Shown: one piece after another, positions 8,311-17,667 of the stretch | Position numbering within the stretch: the stretch's first letter is position 1 | How the letters are laid out: the number at the start of each line of letters is the position of its first letter | From: Candidatus Kuenenia stuttgartensis | GTDB lineage: Bacteria; Planctomycetota; Planctomycetia; Pirellulales; UBA1268 | Reading direction: 5' to 3' | NCBI GenBank assembly: GCA_943332855.1 | Contig: CALQRA010000003.1 | Span: 1-56,106, forward strand | Length of the DNA stretch: 56,106 nt | Program-made: the position numbers and the translations under genes | Notes under the pieces: model-generated | Told to the model about the DNA's origin: nothing | Databases searched by the model: none | The model's input: the letters and a program-made list of their open reading frames with translations, nothing else

Positions 8311-9588
8311 ATGAGCGAATCGACCGAACCGGGCAGTTATTTCATCGCCAACTACCCCCCCTTCTCCGCCTGGACGACCGCCGCGGTCCCGGCGGTCCTC
8401 GAGGCTTTCGCCGCCCCCCCCACTGGCGCGGGCTTGGGCCTCTATCTCCACGTGCCGTTCTGCCGGAAACGGTGCAAGTTCTGCTATTTCCGCGTCTACA
8501 CCGACACCTCGGCCAGCGACGTCGAGCGCTATTCGCAGGGGCTGGCACGCGAGGCGGAGCTCGTCGCCGCGCAGCCCGCCGTCGCCGGCCGCAAGCTCCG
8601 CTACGTCTACTTCGGCGGTGGCACGCCCTCGTTCCTGTCGGTGAAGCAACTCGAGAGGCTCGTCGACGGCCTCCACCGGAGCTTCGGTTGGAGTGATGCC
8701 GAGGAGGTGACGTTTGAATGCGAGCCGGGGACACTGTCGGAGCCGAAGGTGAAAGCCCTCCGTGAGCTGGGGGTGACCCGGCTTTCGCTCGGCGTCGAGA
8801 ACTTCGACGATGGCGTCCTCGAGGTCAACGGCCGGGCCCATCTCAGCGCGGAGATCCTCCGCTGCTGGGAGTGGATCAAGCATGCCGGGTTTCCGAACAC
8901 GAATGTCGATCTGATCTCGGGCATGGTCGGCGAGACATCGGAGAGCTGGGATCGGACGATCGAGCGGACGCTGGCCCTCGAGCCCGACAGTCTGACGATC
9001 TACCAACTCGAGCTCCCTCTGAACACGACGTTTGTCCATGATGCCCGGGAGACCGGGGCACCGACGCCGGTGGCCGACTGGCGCACCAAGCGGGAGTGGG
9101 TCGGAAGGGCGTTCGACCGCTTCGTGGCGGCAGGGTACACGGTGTCGAGCGGCTACACGCTCGTCCGCGATCCCACGCGGGTCCATTTCCGCTACCGCGA
9201 CATGCTCTGGGAGGGGAGCGATCTCCTCGCCCTCGGCGTGGCGAGCTTCGGTCATCTCTCCGGCCGGCACTACCAGAACGCCCCCCACTGGGACGAATAT
9301 CTGGGGGCGGTCGAGGGGGGACGGTTGCCGATCGCCCGAGGGCTCGTTCCCACGGCCCGCGAGCTGTTCATCCGCGAGACCGTCCTCGGCCTCAAGAAGG
9401 GGGCCCTCGACGTCGAACGGCTGCGCGGCAAGTTCGGCGTCGATCCCCTCGAGGCCTTCGCCCCGCAGTGGCGGAGCCTCGAAGAGGAAGGCTGCCTGGA
9501 GCGGGATCGCCCCGCCCCCGTCCTCACGCGCCGGGGGTTGCTCATGGTCGACGCCCTCCTCCCCCGCTTCTTCGACGCCGCCCCGTGA
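8311..9588 (+). CDS. HemN/HemW-like (coproporphyrinogen III oxidase family) radical SAM protein
   Basis: 'LYLHVPFCRKRCKFCYF' (CxxxCxxC), 'YFGGGTPS', 'RLSLGVENFD', 'NVDLISG', 'LLALGVASFGHL'; ATG 8311. Confidence 0.85.
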   Translation: MSESTEPGSYFIANYPPFSAWTTAAVPAVLEAFAAPPTGAGLGLYLHVPFCRKRCKFCYFRVYTDTSASDVERYSQGLAREAELVAAQPAVAGRKLRYVYFGGGTPSFLSVKQLERLVDGLHRSFGWSDAEEVTFECEPGTLSEPKVKALRELGVTRLSLGVENFDDGVLEVNGRAHLSAEILRCWEWIKHAGFPNTNVDLISGMVGETSESWDRTIERTLALEPDSLTIYQLELPLNTTFVHDARETGAPTPVADWRTKREWVGRAFDRFVAAGYTVSSGYTLVRDPTRVHFRYRDMLWEGSDLLALGVASFGHLSGRHYQNAPHWDEYLGAVEGGRLPIARGLVPTARELFIRETVLGLKKGALDVERLRGKFGVDPLEAFAPQWRSLEEEGCLERDRPAPVLTRRGLLMVDALLPRFFDAAP

Positions 9589-9595
9589 CGGTGGG

Positions 9596-9612
9596 CAAAA
9601 GTCATCCATGAC
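9596..9612. repeat. REP-like palindrome GTCATCCATGAC (copy 2)
   Basis: caaaaGTCATCCATGAC just after the stop at 9588; shares AAAAGTCATCCATGACC with the copy at 8066. Confidence 0.6.
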
Positions 9613-9745
9613 CGGCCCCGGCGGCCGGGCAACCGGCGCCCGATTCGGGGGAAAACGGGGTTAACGCCTGCCGTGCCGTCCGGTTTACTCAGGGTAAGGA
9701 GCGCGGCACGCGGGGCCGATCAGGTCCGCTGCTCTCCCCCGACTT

Positions 9746-11641
9746 TTGGGAAAGGTGGCTGTTTCCGTGCCCAATCCCCCCGCTCTCGAGCTTCCCGGGA
9801 TCCCCGTCGATCGACCAGCGACGGCCGGGTATCCGTTGCCCGGCTCTGCACGGCCCGACGGGGGCCGAAGAACGATGAGTTGCCCCGGCGAGAAGGCGCT
9901 TCGCGATCGTCTCCGGGCGATGGCCGCTGACTTGGTGGCGTCGTGGCGGTCGGGGGGCATGCCCTCCGGGGTCCGTTCGGCGGCTGGATTGCGAGCGCAG
10001 GCCGAGTTGCTCTGTCAGCGGGCCGGGGCAGGAGCGGGCGACGTCGGCTGGATGATGGTCACGATCGTCTCCGAGCACTGGCGCGACAGGCTTGCAGCCG
10101 GTTCCAGCGGGCGGCGCCTCCTGCTCCTTCCCGATTGTCCGGTCGCTCCCCGCCTCGCGGCCGATGCCGCCCGCCCGCCACAGGTCTGTGGCCCGGGGTG
10201 TGTGATCGGGACCCTGTGGGGTGCCGCGCGGGAGCAGGGGTGGGTGGTGGAGTCGACACCGCGGGCCGTAGCCGGGATCGGCGGCCTTCTCACGGGCCAG
10301 TACGACGGCATTCTCGGAGTCGCGAGATTGGAGCATCTCGAAAAGGCCTTCGCGATGCTGCCGGCTTTCGCCCTGCCCATCGCCGCGGTTCCGTTCGATC
10401 CCTCGGCCGTGCCGCTCGTTGCCCAGTCGGCGGGCGGGGGAAGTGCCGCCTGTGCCGAAGCGGCCGCCCGATCGGGGCTCGACGCCGAGTGGGTCCTCGG
10501 TCTCCTCGGGGTGGCGGGGGGGCAGACGGCCCCGGTCGCCGATCATCTCCCGCTCCTCCGTGAGGCAGCCGAGCTTTTCCTGCCGGCAGCGCTCCGCTTG
10601 GTCGCGGCGGATGCCAGCGTGCCCGACGCCCTCGACTGGCTGGACGGGCGGCCGGAGCCGCTCATGTCCACGGCCCGCTTCGCGGCCGACTTTCTCGGTC
10701 GCGGAGGAAAGTTCCTCCGTCCCTTCATCACGCTGGCTTCCTTCGAAGCCCTCGCCGGCGCCGAATCGGGCGCGGCGCAGGTGGCCTGCCCCCCCGACCG
10801 TGTCCCCGTCCGCGCCGCGGCGGTGGCCGTCGAGGTGTTCCACAAAGCCTCACTGATCCACGACGACATCGAGGATGCCGACGGCATGCGCTACGGCCGA
10901 TCGGCCCTCCACGAAGAAGTTGGGATCCCGGTCGCCCTGAACACCGGCGACCACCTCGTCGGCCTCGGCTACCGGATCATTGCCACGCTCCCGAACGTCG
11001 ATGCAGCAACCCGTGCCGACCTCGTGGCGATGCTCTCCGATGCCCATCTGCGCCTGGCCCGCGGGCAGGGGGCCGAGTTGTGGTGGCGCGTCGGGCGCGA
11101 CACGCCGCTTTCGGTCCCGGAGGCGCTGTCGATTTATGCCCTCAAGACCTCGCCCGCGTTTGAGGTCGCGCTGTCGATCGGGATCCGACTGGCGGGCGTA
11201 CTCCCCGGGAATGCCGGGGCGGTCGAACGCTATGCCCGGCATGTGGGCGTCGGCTTCCAAGTGCTCAATGATCTGAAGGACTGGCACGGTGACCCGGAAA
11301 ACGCCCGGCAGGCTGCCGGCGACCTCCTCGGAGGGCGACCGACGGTGATGTGGGCCCTCGCCCGGGAGCGGGTCGCGGCCGACGAACTGCGGCGGCTCTC
11401 CCGCCTCGCCGCCGAGGCCCGCCAGCCAGGCGGCCCTTCCGCTGCCGAGGTCATCGCCGAGGCGCGGCGGCTGTATGGCGCAGCCGACGTCTTTGCCCGG
11501 GCCGCGAATATCGTCGATGCCGAGCGCGCAAACGCCCTCGCCGCGGCGGCCACCTGTCGGCAGCCAAGGCTCCGCGAAGTGTTCGAGTTTCTTCTCGACC
11601 TCGCTGTCCCCGAAGGGGCTGCGGCCCAACTCGTCGGCTGA
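9746..11641 (+). CDS. Polyprenyl diphosphate synthase with an N-terminal DUF116-like domain (start uncertain: 9746 or 9875)
   Basis: 'GGKFLRP', first Asp-rich motif 'FHKASLIHDDIEDADGMRYG', 'ALKTSPAF', second motif 'GFQVLNDLKD', 'GDLLGGRPT'. The N-terminal 'RRLLLLPDCP...GILGVARLEHLEK...IAAVP' resembles DUF116. Confidence 0.8.
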   Translation: MGKVAVSVPNPPALELPGIPVDRPATAGYPLPGSARPDGGRRTMSCPGEKALRDRLRAMAADLVASWRSGGMPSGVRSAAGLRAQAELLCQRAGAGAGDVGWMMVTIVSEHWRDRLAAGSSGRRLLLLPDCPVAPRLAADAARPPQVCGPGCVIGTLWGAAREQGWVVESTPRAVAGIGGLLTGQYDGILGVARLEHLEKAFAMLPAFALPIAAVPFDPSAVPLVAQSAGGGSAACAEAAARSGLDAEWVLGLLGVAGGQTAPVADHLPLLREAAELFLPAALRLVAADASVPDALDWLDGRPEPLMSTARFAADFLGRGGKFLRPFITLASFEALAGAESGAAQVACPPDRVPVRAAAVAVEVFHKASLIHDDIEDADGMRYGRSALHEEVGIPVALNTGDHLVGLGYRIIATLPNVDAATRADLVAMLSDAHLRLARGQGAELWWRVGRDTPLSVPEALSIYALKTSPAFEVALSIGIRLAGVLPGNAGAVERYARHVGVGFQVLNDLKDWHGDPENARQAAGDLLGGRPTVMWALARERVAADELRRLSRLAAEARQPGGPSAAEVIAEARRLYGAADVFARAANIVDAERANALAAAATCRQPRLREVFEFLLDLAVPEGAAAQLVG

Positions 11642-11859
11642 AGGATCACCGTGCAGGGGGGATGGTTGCGTCGTTCCGATCCGGGGGCGTAATCTTTCCC
11701 CCGCGGCGGCCGGTGGGTTGCTGGGTCTACCGTCGAGGGCGGTGGTCGACCATCCTGCCCTGGCCCCGGTGGAGGCGACCCTTGTCCGACCATCCAAGCG
11801 CCCCTTCCCTCCTGTCGCAGCCCGGCGTCACGGCCCCCACTTCAGCCGGGACCGGGAGC

Positions 11860-12435
11860 GTGGATGCCGTCACGCGGGCGGAGGAACTGGTTCGGTTGTT
11901 CGCTGAACCGGGCCCGGGCTTCGCGACCTTCAGGAATGTCGATCGGGCAGAGGTGCCGGAGCCTGACCGCACGCTCCTCGATCACACCAGCCACATGACC
12001 GTGGCGATGGAGGGGCATCACGGGGTTCCCTTGGGCCTCCGCGTCGTCGCCCGTGCCCGGGATACGGGCCCATCGGCGGATCAGTCCCCCTGGTACGCCC
12101 GGGAGATCCTCCTCCTCTCACCGCAAGGTGCGCCCGTTCAATACGGGATCGTGCGGATCAACCTCGACCATGTCGATCGAACGACGGCGGCGGCGATCCG
12201 GGCGGGGAGGATTCCGCTCGGCCGGGTGCTGATCAACGCCGGTCTGCTCCGGGAGGTCCACGACGTCAGCCTCCTCGAGGTCCGCCCCGGCCCCCGATTG
12301 GCGTCGTTGTTCGGGGGATTGCCGCAGCCGGGGGTACCGTCCCCGCCAACGTTCGGCCGCGTCGCCGAGATCTCGCTCGGTGGCCATCCAGCTGTGGAAC
12401 TGCTCGAAGTGGTGGTGCCCCCGGCGGCGGGCTGA
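11860..12435 (+). CDS. Chorismate-lyase (UbiC/UTRA-fold)-like protein
   Basis: 'LLDHTSHMTVAME', 'YAREILL', 'VQYGIVRINL', 'IPLGRVLI...LREV' recall the chorismate-lyase fold family. GTG 11860 follows GGGAG. Confidence 0.6.
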   Translation: MDAVTRAEELVRLFAEPGPGFATFRNVDRAEVPEPDRTLLDHTSHMTVAMEGHHGVPLGLRVVARARDTGPSADQSPWYAREILLLSPQGAPVQYGIVRINLDHVDRTTAAAIRAGRIPLGRVLINAGLLREVHDVSLLEVRPGPRLASLFGGLPQPGVPSPPTFGRVAEISLGGHPAVELLEVVVPPAAG

Positions 12436-12680
12436 TGCCCCCCGGGGTGGCCCGTCTGCTGCCGGCGACGAGGGCGCCGAGCCGAGCCCTGCGCTCCAGC
12501 CGCGAACGATGAATCTTGGTGGCGGTGGGCGAGGTTTAGGAACGCGGCAAAGGCGGGGGCCATCGGGGGCTGGAGGAGTGAAAAAAGGATTCGGGCTGTT
12601 TGCCCAAGGTGTTGCGCGAACAGTGTTTACGCTGACTGCATCGATATTGACTCAATGCGCAAGATGGCGTTAGAGTTGGC

Positions 12681-12906
12681 GACAGGTAAGGACGGTAAGC
12701 AGGGAGGATGTCGCGGGAAATGGATTTCCCCCCGATCTTCCCCCCCTGCCCCGGTTCGTCCGACCGGGAGTCCCTCGGGGTTCCCCAGTCGACCGGAACG
12801 GGTGATTCGTGGACCGGTCTTCCGGCAGCGGCACCGGTCAGAGGCGGGGTTGGGCACGCGTTGATGTGGCAACGCGTTGATCAGGCAACAAGGAGGCCTA
12901 GGCAAC
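12681..12906 (+). promoter_or_regulatory. Putative operator repeats upstream of the HTH-receiver regulator
   Basis: Direct repeat ACGCGTTGAT at 12856 and 12872, GGCAAC recurring at 12868/12884/12901 (~16-bp period), and tandem GAC(A)GGTAAG at 12681-12699. Confidence 0.35.
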
Positions 12907-12990
12907 CGGGGTGGCCTTTGTGGAAAAGGCGTTTCTCGGGAAGCCGTTTCGACTAGCTGCACCACGGCTAGGGAGAGGGTGGTAACGCAC

Positions 12991-13578
12991 ATGCAGAAGA
13001 CTGTCTACACGACCGGTGAAGCTGCCAAGATCTGCAAGGTCAGCCAGCAGACGATCATCCGTTGTTTCGACTCGGGGCAGCTCAAGGGTTTTCGGGTGCC
13101 GGGCAGCCGGTTCCGGAGGATTCCCAGGGATCAGCTGTTCACGTTCATGCGGGACAACGGGATTCCGACCGATGCCCTCGAGAGCGGCCGGCGCAAGATT
13201 CTCGTCGTCGACGACGACCAGGATCTCGTCGAGCTGATCACCGACGTCCTCGAGCGGGACGGCCGCTTCGAGACGCGGAGTGTCAACAATGGCTTCGACG
13301 CCGGCATGATGGTCAAGGACTACCGTCCCGACCTGATCGTGCTCGACGTCATGCTCCCGGACATCAACGGCAAAGAAGTTTGCCAGCGGGTCCGGAGTGA
13401 TTCCACGATGGACGAGGTGCGGATCATCTGCATTTCGGGCATGTGTGAGACTGACAAGATCGAGGAGTTGAAGGCGTCCGGTGCCAACGAGTTTCTCCAA
13501 AAGCCGTTCGAGGCGGAGGTTCTCGTCGATCGCATCTGCACGCTCCTCGACATCGAGTCGGTGGCTACCGGGTCCTGA
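12991..13578 (+). CDS. Response regulator with N-terminal excisionase/MerR-like HTH and C-terminal receiver domain
   Basis: 'YTTGEAAKICKVSQQTIIRCFDSGQLKGFRVPGSRFRRIPR', then 'ILVVDDD...PDLIVLDVMLP...FLQKPF'. GGGAGAGG RBS before ATG 12991. Confidence 0.9.
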   Translation: MQKTVYTTGEAAKICKVSQQTIIRCFDSGQLKGFRVPGSRFRRIPRDQLFTFMRDNGIPTDALESGRRKILVVDDDQDLVELITDVLERDGRFETRSVNNGFDAGMMVKDYRPDLIVLDVMLPDINGKEVCQRVRSDSTMDEVRIICISGMCETDKIEELKASGANEFLQKPFEAEVLVDRICTLLDIESVATGS

Positions 13579-13642
13579 TCGCAATTCCCCCGGTGCCCTG
13601 CCCCGATCCCGGGGCGGTGCCAGCGGTGGGGAGGGGGCAGAC

Positions 13643-15274
13643 GTGTCGCAGGATGGTTTGTCCGGCGTCAGACTGCTCATTCGTCCCGGGCCTCCGGCCT
13701 GGATCGCGTTGCCGGTTCCGCGCCAGGCCTGTTCCGGCCTGGCGCGGGCCGTGCTCGCGGCCGCCTCGGCGTTGACAGCAGCGCGGGAATCGCGGGCCGC
13801 GGAGCGAATGCCCCCTGGTCGGGGTGCGTCTTCCGTCACGCTCGCACCGGGCTTTCCGTCGCCACTGACAGCGGCCGAAGGGCGGCTTGCCGATCTGCTG
13901 ACAGGGGGTTCGACGCACCATCGCCACGATCTCGCTCTCGTCGCAGGGACGTCGGAGACGGGAAAAAGCCTAGGCGTCCGCGAGACGGCGCTTTCAGGCC
14001 CAGGGCGGGCCGGCCCGGCTGTCGGTCTTCCAGGGGCGGAGTCGCTGCTGGCGCTGTGGGGGCGGTTGCTCTCCGCCGCCGGCGGTAAGGACGCCCCCGG
14101 CGGGAGTTCTGCGCCCTGGACAGGCACCGACGGCGCGGCCTGGTCGAGGGTTCGCCCCGGAGCTTCCCGGTCGGCAAGCATGCCGCTGATGAGCCTGGCC
14201 CGTGATCTCGTGACCGGATCGCTCCCCGCCGACGTGATCGAGATCGACGAGGTCTCGTGGCTGGCCTGGGCAGCGCGGGGGCCGGTGGCGGCTGATCCAT
14301 TCGCCCAGGGAGCGATCTGGGGGGAGCGGCTGCGCGGAGGGGATGTCCCGACGCCGGGACGTCCTGGGGCCGCGCCGCTGACGGCCGAAGGGGGGGATCT
14401 CCTCAGCGTCGTCCGCCTCGCAGCGGACCAGGCGCACCTGTCGACGGCCTTCCAGGACGCACTCGGCGAGGCCCGCCTCGACGCGATCCGCGAACTGGCC
14501 TACGGCGCGGGGCACGAAATCAACAATCCGCTGGCCAACATCGCCACCCGAGCGCAGACGCTCCTGCTCGATGAACGCGATCCCGAGCGCCGCCGGCGTC
14601 TGGCGACGATCGTCGATCAGGCGTTCCGGGCCCGTGATCTCATCGGTGGGATGATGCTCTTCGCCCGGCCCCCGCGCCCCCACCGTGTGCTCACCGATGT
14701 CGATCGGATGGTGAGCGCTGTTGTCGATCTCCTCGCCCCGCTGGCGGCCCAACGGGGAGCCCGCCTCGATTATGGGCCGTCACCGGAGCCACTGGCGGTG
14801 TTGGTCGATCGCTCCCAGGTCGAGGAATCACTCCGCGCCGTCGTCGGCAACGCCCTCGAGGCGGTCGGTGATGGCGGGCAGGTGACCGTTACCGTGTCGG
14901 CCGGTCGACATCCGGGGGCGTGTGAGCTGATGGTTGCCGATGATGGCCCCGGGATGGACTCGGCCACGCTGCGCCGCGTCTTCGACCCATTCTTCAGCGG
15001 CCGCGAGGCTGGCCGCGGTGCCGGCCTGGGCCTCTCCAAGGCGTGGCGCTTTCTCGAGGCCAACGGGGGCACGATCGAGATCGAGAGCCGGGCCGGTCGG
15101 GGGACCCGCGTGCTGATCTCGCTGCCGCTGCCGGGGCGACCGGCAGCCGCCTCCTCCGCTGCCACGGACGCGGTGCCTGAAGAACACGCGGCTGGAAACC
15201 CATGCGCATCCACCGCATCTTCACCAAACCCCCAGGGCGTGGCCGGCAAAGTCGCCGCAGAGCCCCCGGCGTGA
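13643..15274 (+). CDS. Sensor histidine kinase (HisKA + HATPase_c) with a low-complexity N-terminus
   Basis: H-box 'GAGHEINNPLANI', N-box 'VVGNALEAV', 'VADDGPGM', 'FDPFFSGR', 'GAGLGLS'. Start uncertain (GTG 13643 after GGGAGGGG). Confidence 0.85.
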   Translation: MSQDGLSGVRLLIRPGPPAWIALPVPRQACSGLARAVLAAASALTAARESRAAERMPPGRGASSVTLAPGFPSPLTAAEGRLADLLTGGSTHHRHDLALVAGTSETGKSLGVRETALSGPGRAGPAVGLPGAESLLALWGRLLSAAGGKDAPGGSSAPWTGTDGAAWSRVRPGASRSASMPLMSLARDLVTGSLPADVIEIDEVSWLAWAARGPVAADPFAQGAIWGERLRGGDVPTPGRPGAAPLTAEGGDLLSVVRLAADQAHLSTAFQDALGEARLDAIRELAYGAGHEINNPLANIATRAQTLLLDERDPERRRRLATIVDQAFRARDLIGGMMLFARPPRPHRVLTDVDRMVSAVVDLLAPLAAQRGARLDYGPSPEPLAVLVDRSQVEESLRAVVGNALEAVGDGGQVTVTVSAGRHPGACELMVADDGPGMDSATLRRVFDPFFSGREAGRGAGLGLSKAWRFLEANGGTIEIESRAGRGTRVLISLPLPGRPAAASSAATDAVPEEHAAGNPCASTASSPNPQGVAGKVAAEPPA

Positions 15275-15498
15275 TCGCCCCCTCAAGCGCAACCCTCAAC
15301 CGAGGAAATCGGCCGATGCAGCCTGGCCATCGCCGGGCAGCGGACCTTGTGGGACTCCCCGGGTTTCCCTATTCTCCCCTCACAGCGGAGCGTCGTATTT
15401 CGCGGCGAAGGAACGCCCTCCGCGGACCGGCGGTGGCTGGCGGTCGGTTCTGGCACCGCTGCCGGTCGAACAGCCCTGCTCGGAGCACGGATGCCCCC

Positions 15499-17667
15499 AT
15501 GAGCGACAGAGGATCTGCGATCGAGACCGGGTTTGCCCAACCCGCGCCGGTTACCCCGGCTGGCAGTGGTGACGACGTTGGCATGGGGTCGCATCGCGGG
15601 CTTGGGGGGGCCGGCCCGTCCCCTTCCGCCCTTCGTCCCGGCGCGGAGACCCACGCCGGCGTCCTCGGGGCGTGTGCCGCGACCGCCGCTTGGCTCCGGC
15701 AGCGGCAGGCTGCCGACGGTCACTGGCGCGGGCCGCTCGAGGGAGACACGATCCTGGAGAGCGAGTATCTTCTCATTCTCGCCTGGTACGGCCGGCTCGA
15801 AGGGCCACATGTGCCTGGCGCGGTGCGGCGGATCCTCCGGGAGCAACTCCCCACCGGGGGCTGGGCGATCTACCGGGGCGGTCCCGTCGACGTCAGCGCA
15901 AGCGTGAAGGCCTACTTCGCCCTGAAGATCTTCGGGCAATCCCCCGACTCCGAACCGATGACGCGGGCGCGGCGGGCGATCGCGGCGGCTGGGGGGCCGT
16001 GGGCCGTCAATAGCTTCACGCGCTTCTACCTCGCCCTCCTCGGGCAGATGTCGTACGCCGACTGCCCGGCGGTTCCTCCCGAAATCGTTCTTCTCCCCGA
16101 CTGGTTCCCGGTCAATCTCCACCGGGTCTCGGCATGGTCGCGAACGATGATCGTGCCGCTGTCGTTGATCTGGGACTTCAAGCCCGTCAGGCATCTCCCA
16201 CCCGGGCAGCGGATCGACGAATTGTTCGCCGATTCCCCTCGGGCACCGCGCGAGCGGCGGCTTGGCGGGGATGATGGCTGGGCCCGTTTCTTCCGCGCGG
16301 TCGATCGGATCCTCAAGGCATGCGATGCCCTCGGCCTCCGGCCCCTCCGCAGCCGGGCCGTCGCCGAGTGCCGCCGCTGGATGCTCGAACGTTTTGACGG
16401 CAGCGACGGCCTCGGGGCGATCTTCCCGCCGATCCTCTGGAGCATCGTCGCTCTCCGGGCTTTTGGGTGCCCTGACGACGCCCCCGAGCTCCGCGAATGC
16501 TGGCGACAACTCGAGGGACTCATCGAACAGGAAGAGGATGGCACGACGCGGATCGAACCGTGCCGATCACCGGTCTGGGACACCGCGCTGACCCTCCGTG
16601 CCCTGGCCGTGGAACGGTTAGCGCGCCCCGGTCACGCCGATTCCGGTGACACCGATCGGTCTCTCGACGGGGCGGTCGACTGGCTCCTTGCCCAGGAGAT
16701 CCGTACCGATGGCGACTGGTCTCGACGGACCGTCGCGGTCGCCCCGTCGGGGTGGTGTTTCGAGTACGCCAACCGCTTCTACCCCGACGTCGACGACACG
16801 GCGATGGTGCTCATCAGCTTGGCGACGTGGCGCGAGGGGGAACGGTCTGGAGACACGGCGTCTCGGCAGCGTCGTTCCCTCGTCAATGCGGCCATCGACC
16901 GGGCCCGGCCGTGGCTCGAGGCCCTGCAAAACTCCGACGGCGGCTGGGGGGCGTTCGACAAGGACAACAACTGCGAGCTCCTCTGCAAGGTTCCGTTTGC
17001 CGACCACAACGCGATGATCGATCCGAGTTCCCCCGATCTCGCCGGGAGGGTGCTCGAGGCCTTCGGCAGAATCGGTTACCGCCTCGGCCATCCGGCGGTC
17101 GACCGGGCGGTCGCCTACCTGCGGCGCTCCCAGGAAGCCGATGGATCGTGGTACGGGCGCTGGGGGGTCAACTACGTCTACGGGACGTGGCAGGCGATCG
17201 AGGGATTGCGGGCCGTCGGGGTCCCTGCCGATGACCGCGGAGTGATCGCCGCCGCCGAGTGGCTCCTCGGGCACCAGCAACCGTGCGGCGGCTGGGGAGA
17301 ATCGGCCGACAGCTATGCCGATCCGAGCCTCGCTGGGCGGGGAGAACCGACCCCGTCGCAGACGGCATGGGCGCTGGCCGGGTTGCTCGCGGCCGGGCAT
17401 GCTGGATCCCCGGCGGCGCGGCGTGGCGTGGCGTGGCTTGTCGACCATCAGACGCCGGAGGGGGACTGGGTGGAGGAGAACTTCACCGGGACCGGTTTCC
17501 CGAAGGTCTTCTATCTGCGCTACCACTGGTACCGTGTCTATTTCCCCCTCATGGCCCTGGGGCGCTGGGCTGTGGCCCGCGCCGAAAGCGCTGCCGATGA
17601 CGGGCCGTCCGATGAAAAGATTCACTCCGCCCGCCGTGTGGGCCAGGTTCGGGAGAAGGTGGCATGA
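15499..17667 (+). CDS. shc: Squalene-hopene cyclase
   Basis: 'WRGPLEGDTILESEY', catalytic 'YPDVDDTAMV' (DXDD), QW repeats (QNSDGGWGAFD, QEADGSWYGRWGVNY), 'FTGTGFPKVFYLRYHWY'. Start uncertain. Confidence 0.95.
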   Translation: MSDRGSAIETGFAQPAPVTPAGSGDDVGMGSHRGLGGAGPSPSALRPGAETHAGVLGACAATAAWLRQRQAADGHWRGPLEGDTILESEYLLILAWYGRLEGPHVPGAVRRILREQLPTGGWAIYRGGPVDVSASVKAYFALKIFGQSPDSEPMTRARRAIAAAGGPWAVNSFTRFYLALLGQMSYADCPAVPPEIVLLPDWFPVNLHRVSAWSRTMIVPLSLIWDFKPVRHLPPGQRIDELFADSPRAPRERRLGGDDGWARFFRAVDRILKACDALGLRPLRSRAVAECRRWMLERFDGSDGLGAIFPPILWSIVALRAFGCPDDAPELRECWRQLEGLIEQEEDGTTRIEPCRSPVWDTALTLRALAVERLARPGHADSGDTDRSLDGAVDWLLAQEIRTDGDWSRRTVAVAPSGWCFEYANRFYPDVDDTAMVLISLATWREGERSGDTASRQRRSLVNAAIDRARPWLEALQNSDGGWGAFDKDNNCELLCKVPFADHNAMIDPSSPDLAGRVLEAFGRIGYRLGHPAVDRAVAYLRRSQEADGSWYGRWGVNYVYGTWQAIEGLRAVGVPADDRGVIAAAEWLLGHQQPCGGWGESADSYADPSLAGRGEPTPSQTAWALAGLLAAGHAGSPAARRGVAWLVDHQTPEGDWVEENFTGTGFPKVFYLRYHWYRVYFPLMALGRWAVARAESAADDGPSDEKIHSARRVGQVREKVA

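Noticed and set aside
12436-12990. ncRNA or riboswitch in the 555-bp intergenic region
   Set aside because: No Rfam-type motif recognisable by eye; an Infernal scan would be needed.
17419-17437. GCGTG pentamer run in shc
   Set aside because: Encodes an ordinary RRGVAWL segment preceding a QW motif.
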